This document shows positions 62,910 to 64,000 of a DNA stretch of 64,000 bases, piece after piece. This DNA is from Trichosphaerium sp. ATCC 40318 (Eukaryota > Protista > Tubulinea): assembly GCA_038496445.1 (NCBI GenBank), contig JALMLS010000097.1:124001-188000 (forward strand), given 5' to 3'. A program made the position numbers and the translations under genes. Each line of letters begins with the position of its first letter. Position 1 is the stretch's first letter. The notes under the pieces were generated by a model. It did not search any database. It saw nothing but the letters and a program-made list of their open reading frames with translations, and had not been told where the DNA came from.

Positions 62910-64000
62910 ATGCTTGCCAAACTTCGTGGTACTGCTGTGGTTCTGTTTTACCGTTAACACTCTGTAGGTAGGTTTCACGCGCATGGAATGCGTCAGCGGC
63001 AAACAGTACGTTGGCAATCTACAGCGAAGACATTGAACGTGTCTGCTATGCCTTCCGCCTACGATCGAGTGCGTTAGCCCGTGAGAGTGACATTTGATTG
63101 TTTTGGTAGATGGCTGTCGAAGAAAATCGGTCTACATGGTGGCACAACAACCGCTACTTCAGGCACAAGAACAATCCAGCTGCCAAGCGCAAGTTCTCGA
63201 TGATTTTTCCACCGCCAAATGTCACGGGATATTTACACGTTGGACATGCGCTTACAGCTACACTACAAGACGTGTTAATGAGATGGCATCAAATGAAAGG
63301 CGCAAATGTTGTGTGGGTGCCAGGGTACACAGCGTTGATGCTAGCAACTCCTTATAATTCGAATTGAGGCTTGATCACGCAGGTATTGGCACACAAGTAG
63401 TCGTTGAGAAGAAGCTAGCTCGTCAAGGTGTACGTGTCATTGCTTGGAACCACAGCTTATATTACATCGTACAGTGTGCCAACACCTTGTTTTTTTAGAA
63501 ACATAGATTGGATCTTGGCAGAGACAAATTTGTTCAAGAAGTGTGGGATTGGAAGAACCAGCATGGCGGTAAGATTATACAACAATTGGTACGTCTGTAC
63601 GCGAGCTATATCGCTTCCACATACACGTATTGCTTTACTTACAGTTTGGCGTTGTAGAGGGCCACAGGCGCCACCTTGGACTGGGAAGATCTGTTGTTCA
63701 CACTCGATCCCGCGCATTGTGCTGGCGTCACAGAAGCGTTTAACGTGCTGCATGAACGTGGCTTGTTGTTTCGCGACAACCGCATTGTCAACTTTTGTCC
63801 TCATCTACGTAATACATAGCAAATGATTGAGGCTGTGATTGCTCATGACAAACACGCGTTAGGCACCGTAATATCAGATATTGAAGTAGAGTACGTCGAT
63901 GTCGAGAAGCCAACAAAAATGAAGGTTCCAGGATACGACAGATTAGTTGAATTTGGTGTCCTACACGTGATTGGGTGCGCTGATTAAAATTTTATGTAAT
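62910..64000 (+). CDS. VARS: Valyl-tRNA synthetase, 3'-partial, probable mitochondrial presequence
   Basis: [53 protein letters not shown]. Confidence 0.95.

Overview
Compact, gene-dense eukaryotic genomic DNA with many short (about 40-100 nt) spliceosomal introns and the standard genetic code. It is most likely an amoebozoan: the Rho GTPase is a close match to Dictyostelium RacC, and there is a SepA/Cdc15-like kinase. The ORF track is fragmented by introns, so gene models were spliced by hand and some starts are uncertain. About 30 genes were found, including L-rhamnonate dehydratase, a divergent histone H4/H3 pair with identical 3' stem-loops, a CaM-kinase fused to a villin headpiece, GH47 mannosidase, NADH-GOGAT, the NAD-IDH regulatory subunit, RPB6, Exo70, RacC, SepSecS and ValRS. 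A nested transposon island lies at about 51.5-57.4 kb. The most notable items are: (1) a tandem pair of secreted prepro-peptide genes with a 10-Cys mature peptide I cannot assign to a family; (2) two paralogous 'DWY' repeat proteins whose resolved introns are all phase 2 and fall at fixed repeat positions; (3) near-total CpG erasure confined to the TE island, with CpG decay on both strands of young copies; (4) an apparent GT-CG intron in SepSecS; (5) an intronless F-box-like/MORN-variant gene of possible viral or bacterial origin; (6) a double-hairpin ncRNA candidate between RPB6 and EXO70. All family assignments come from motif recognition without database searches.
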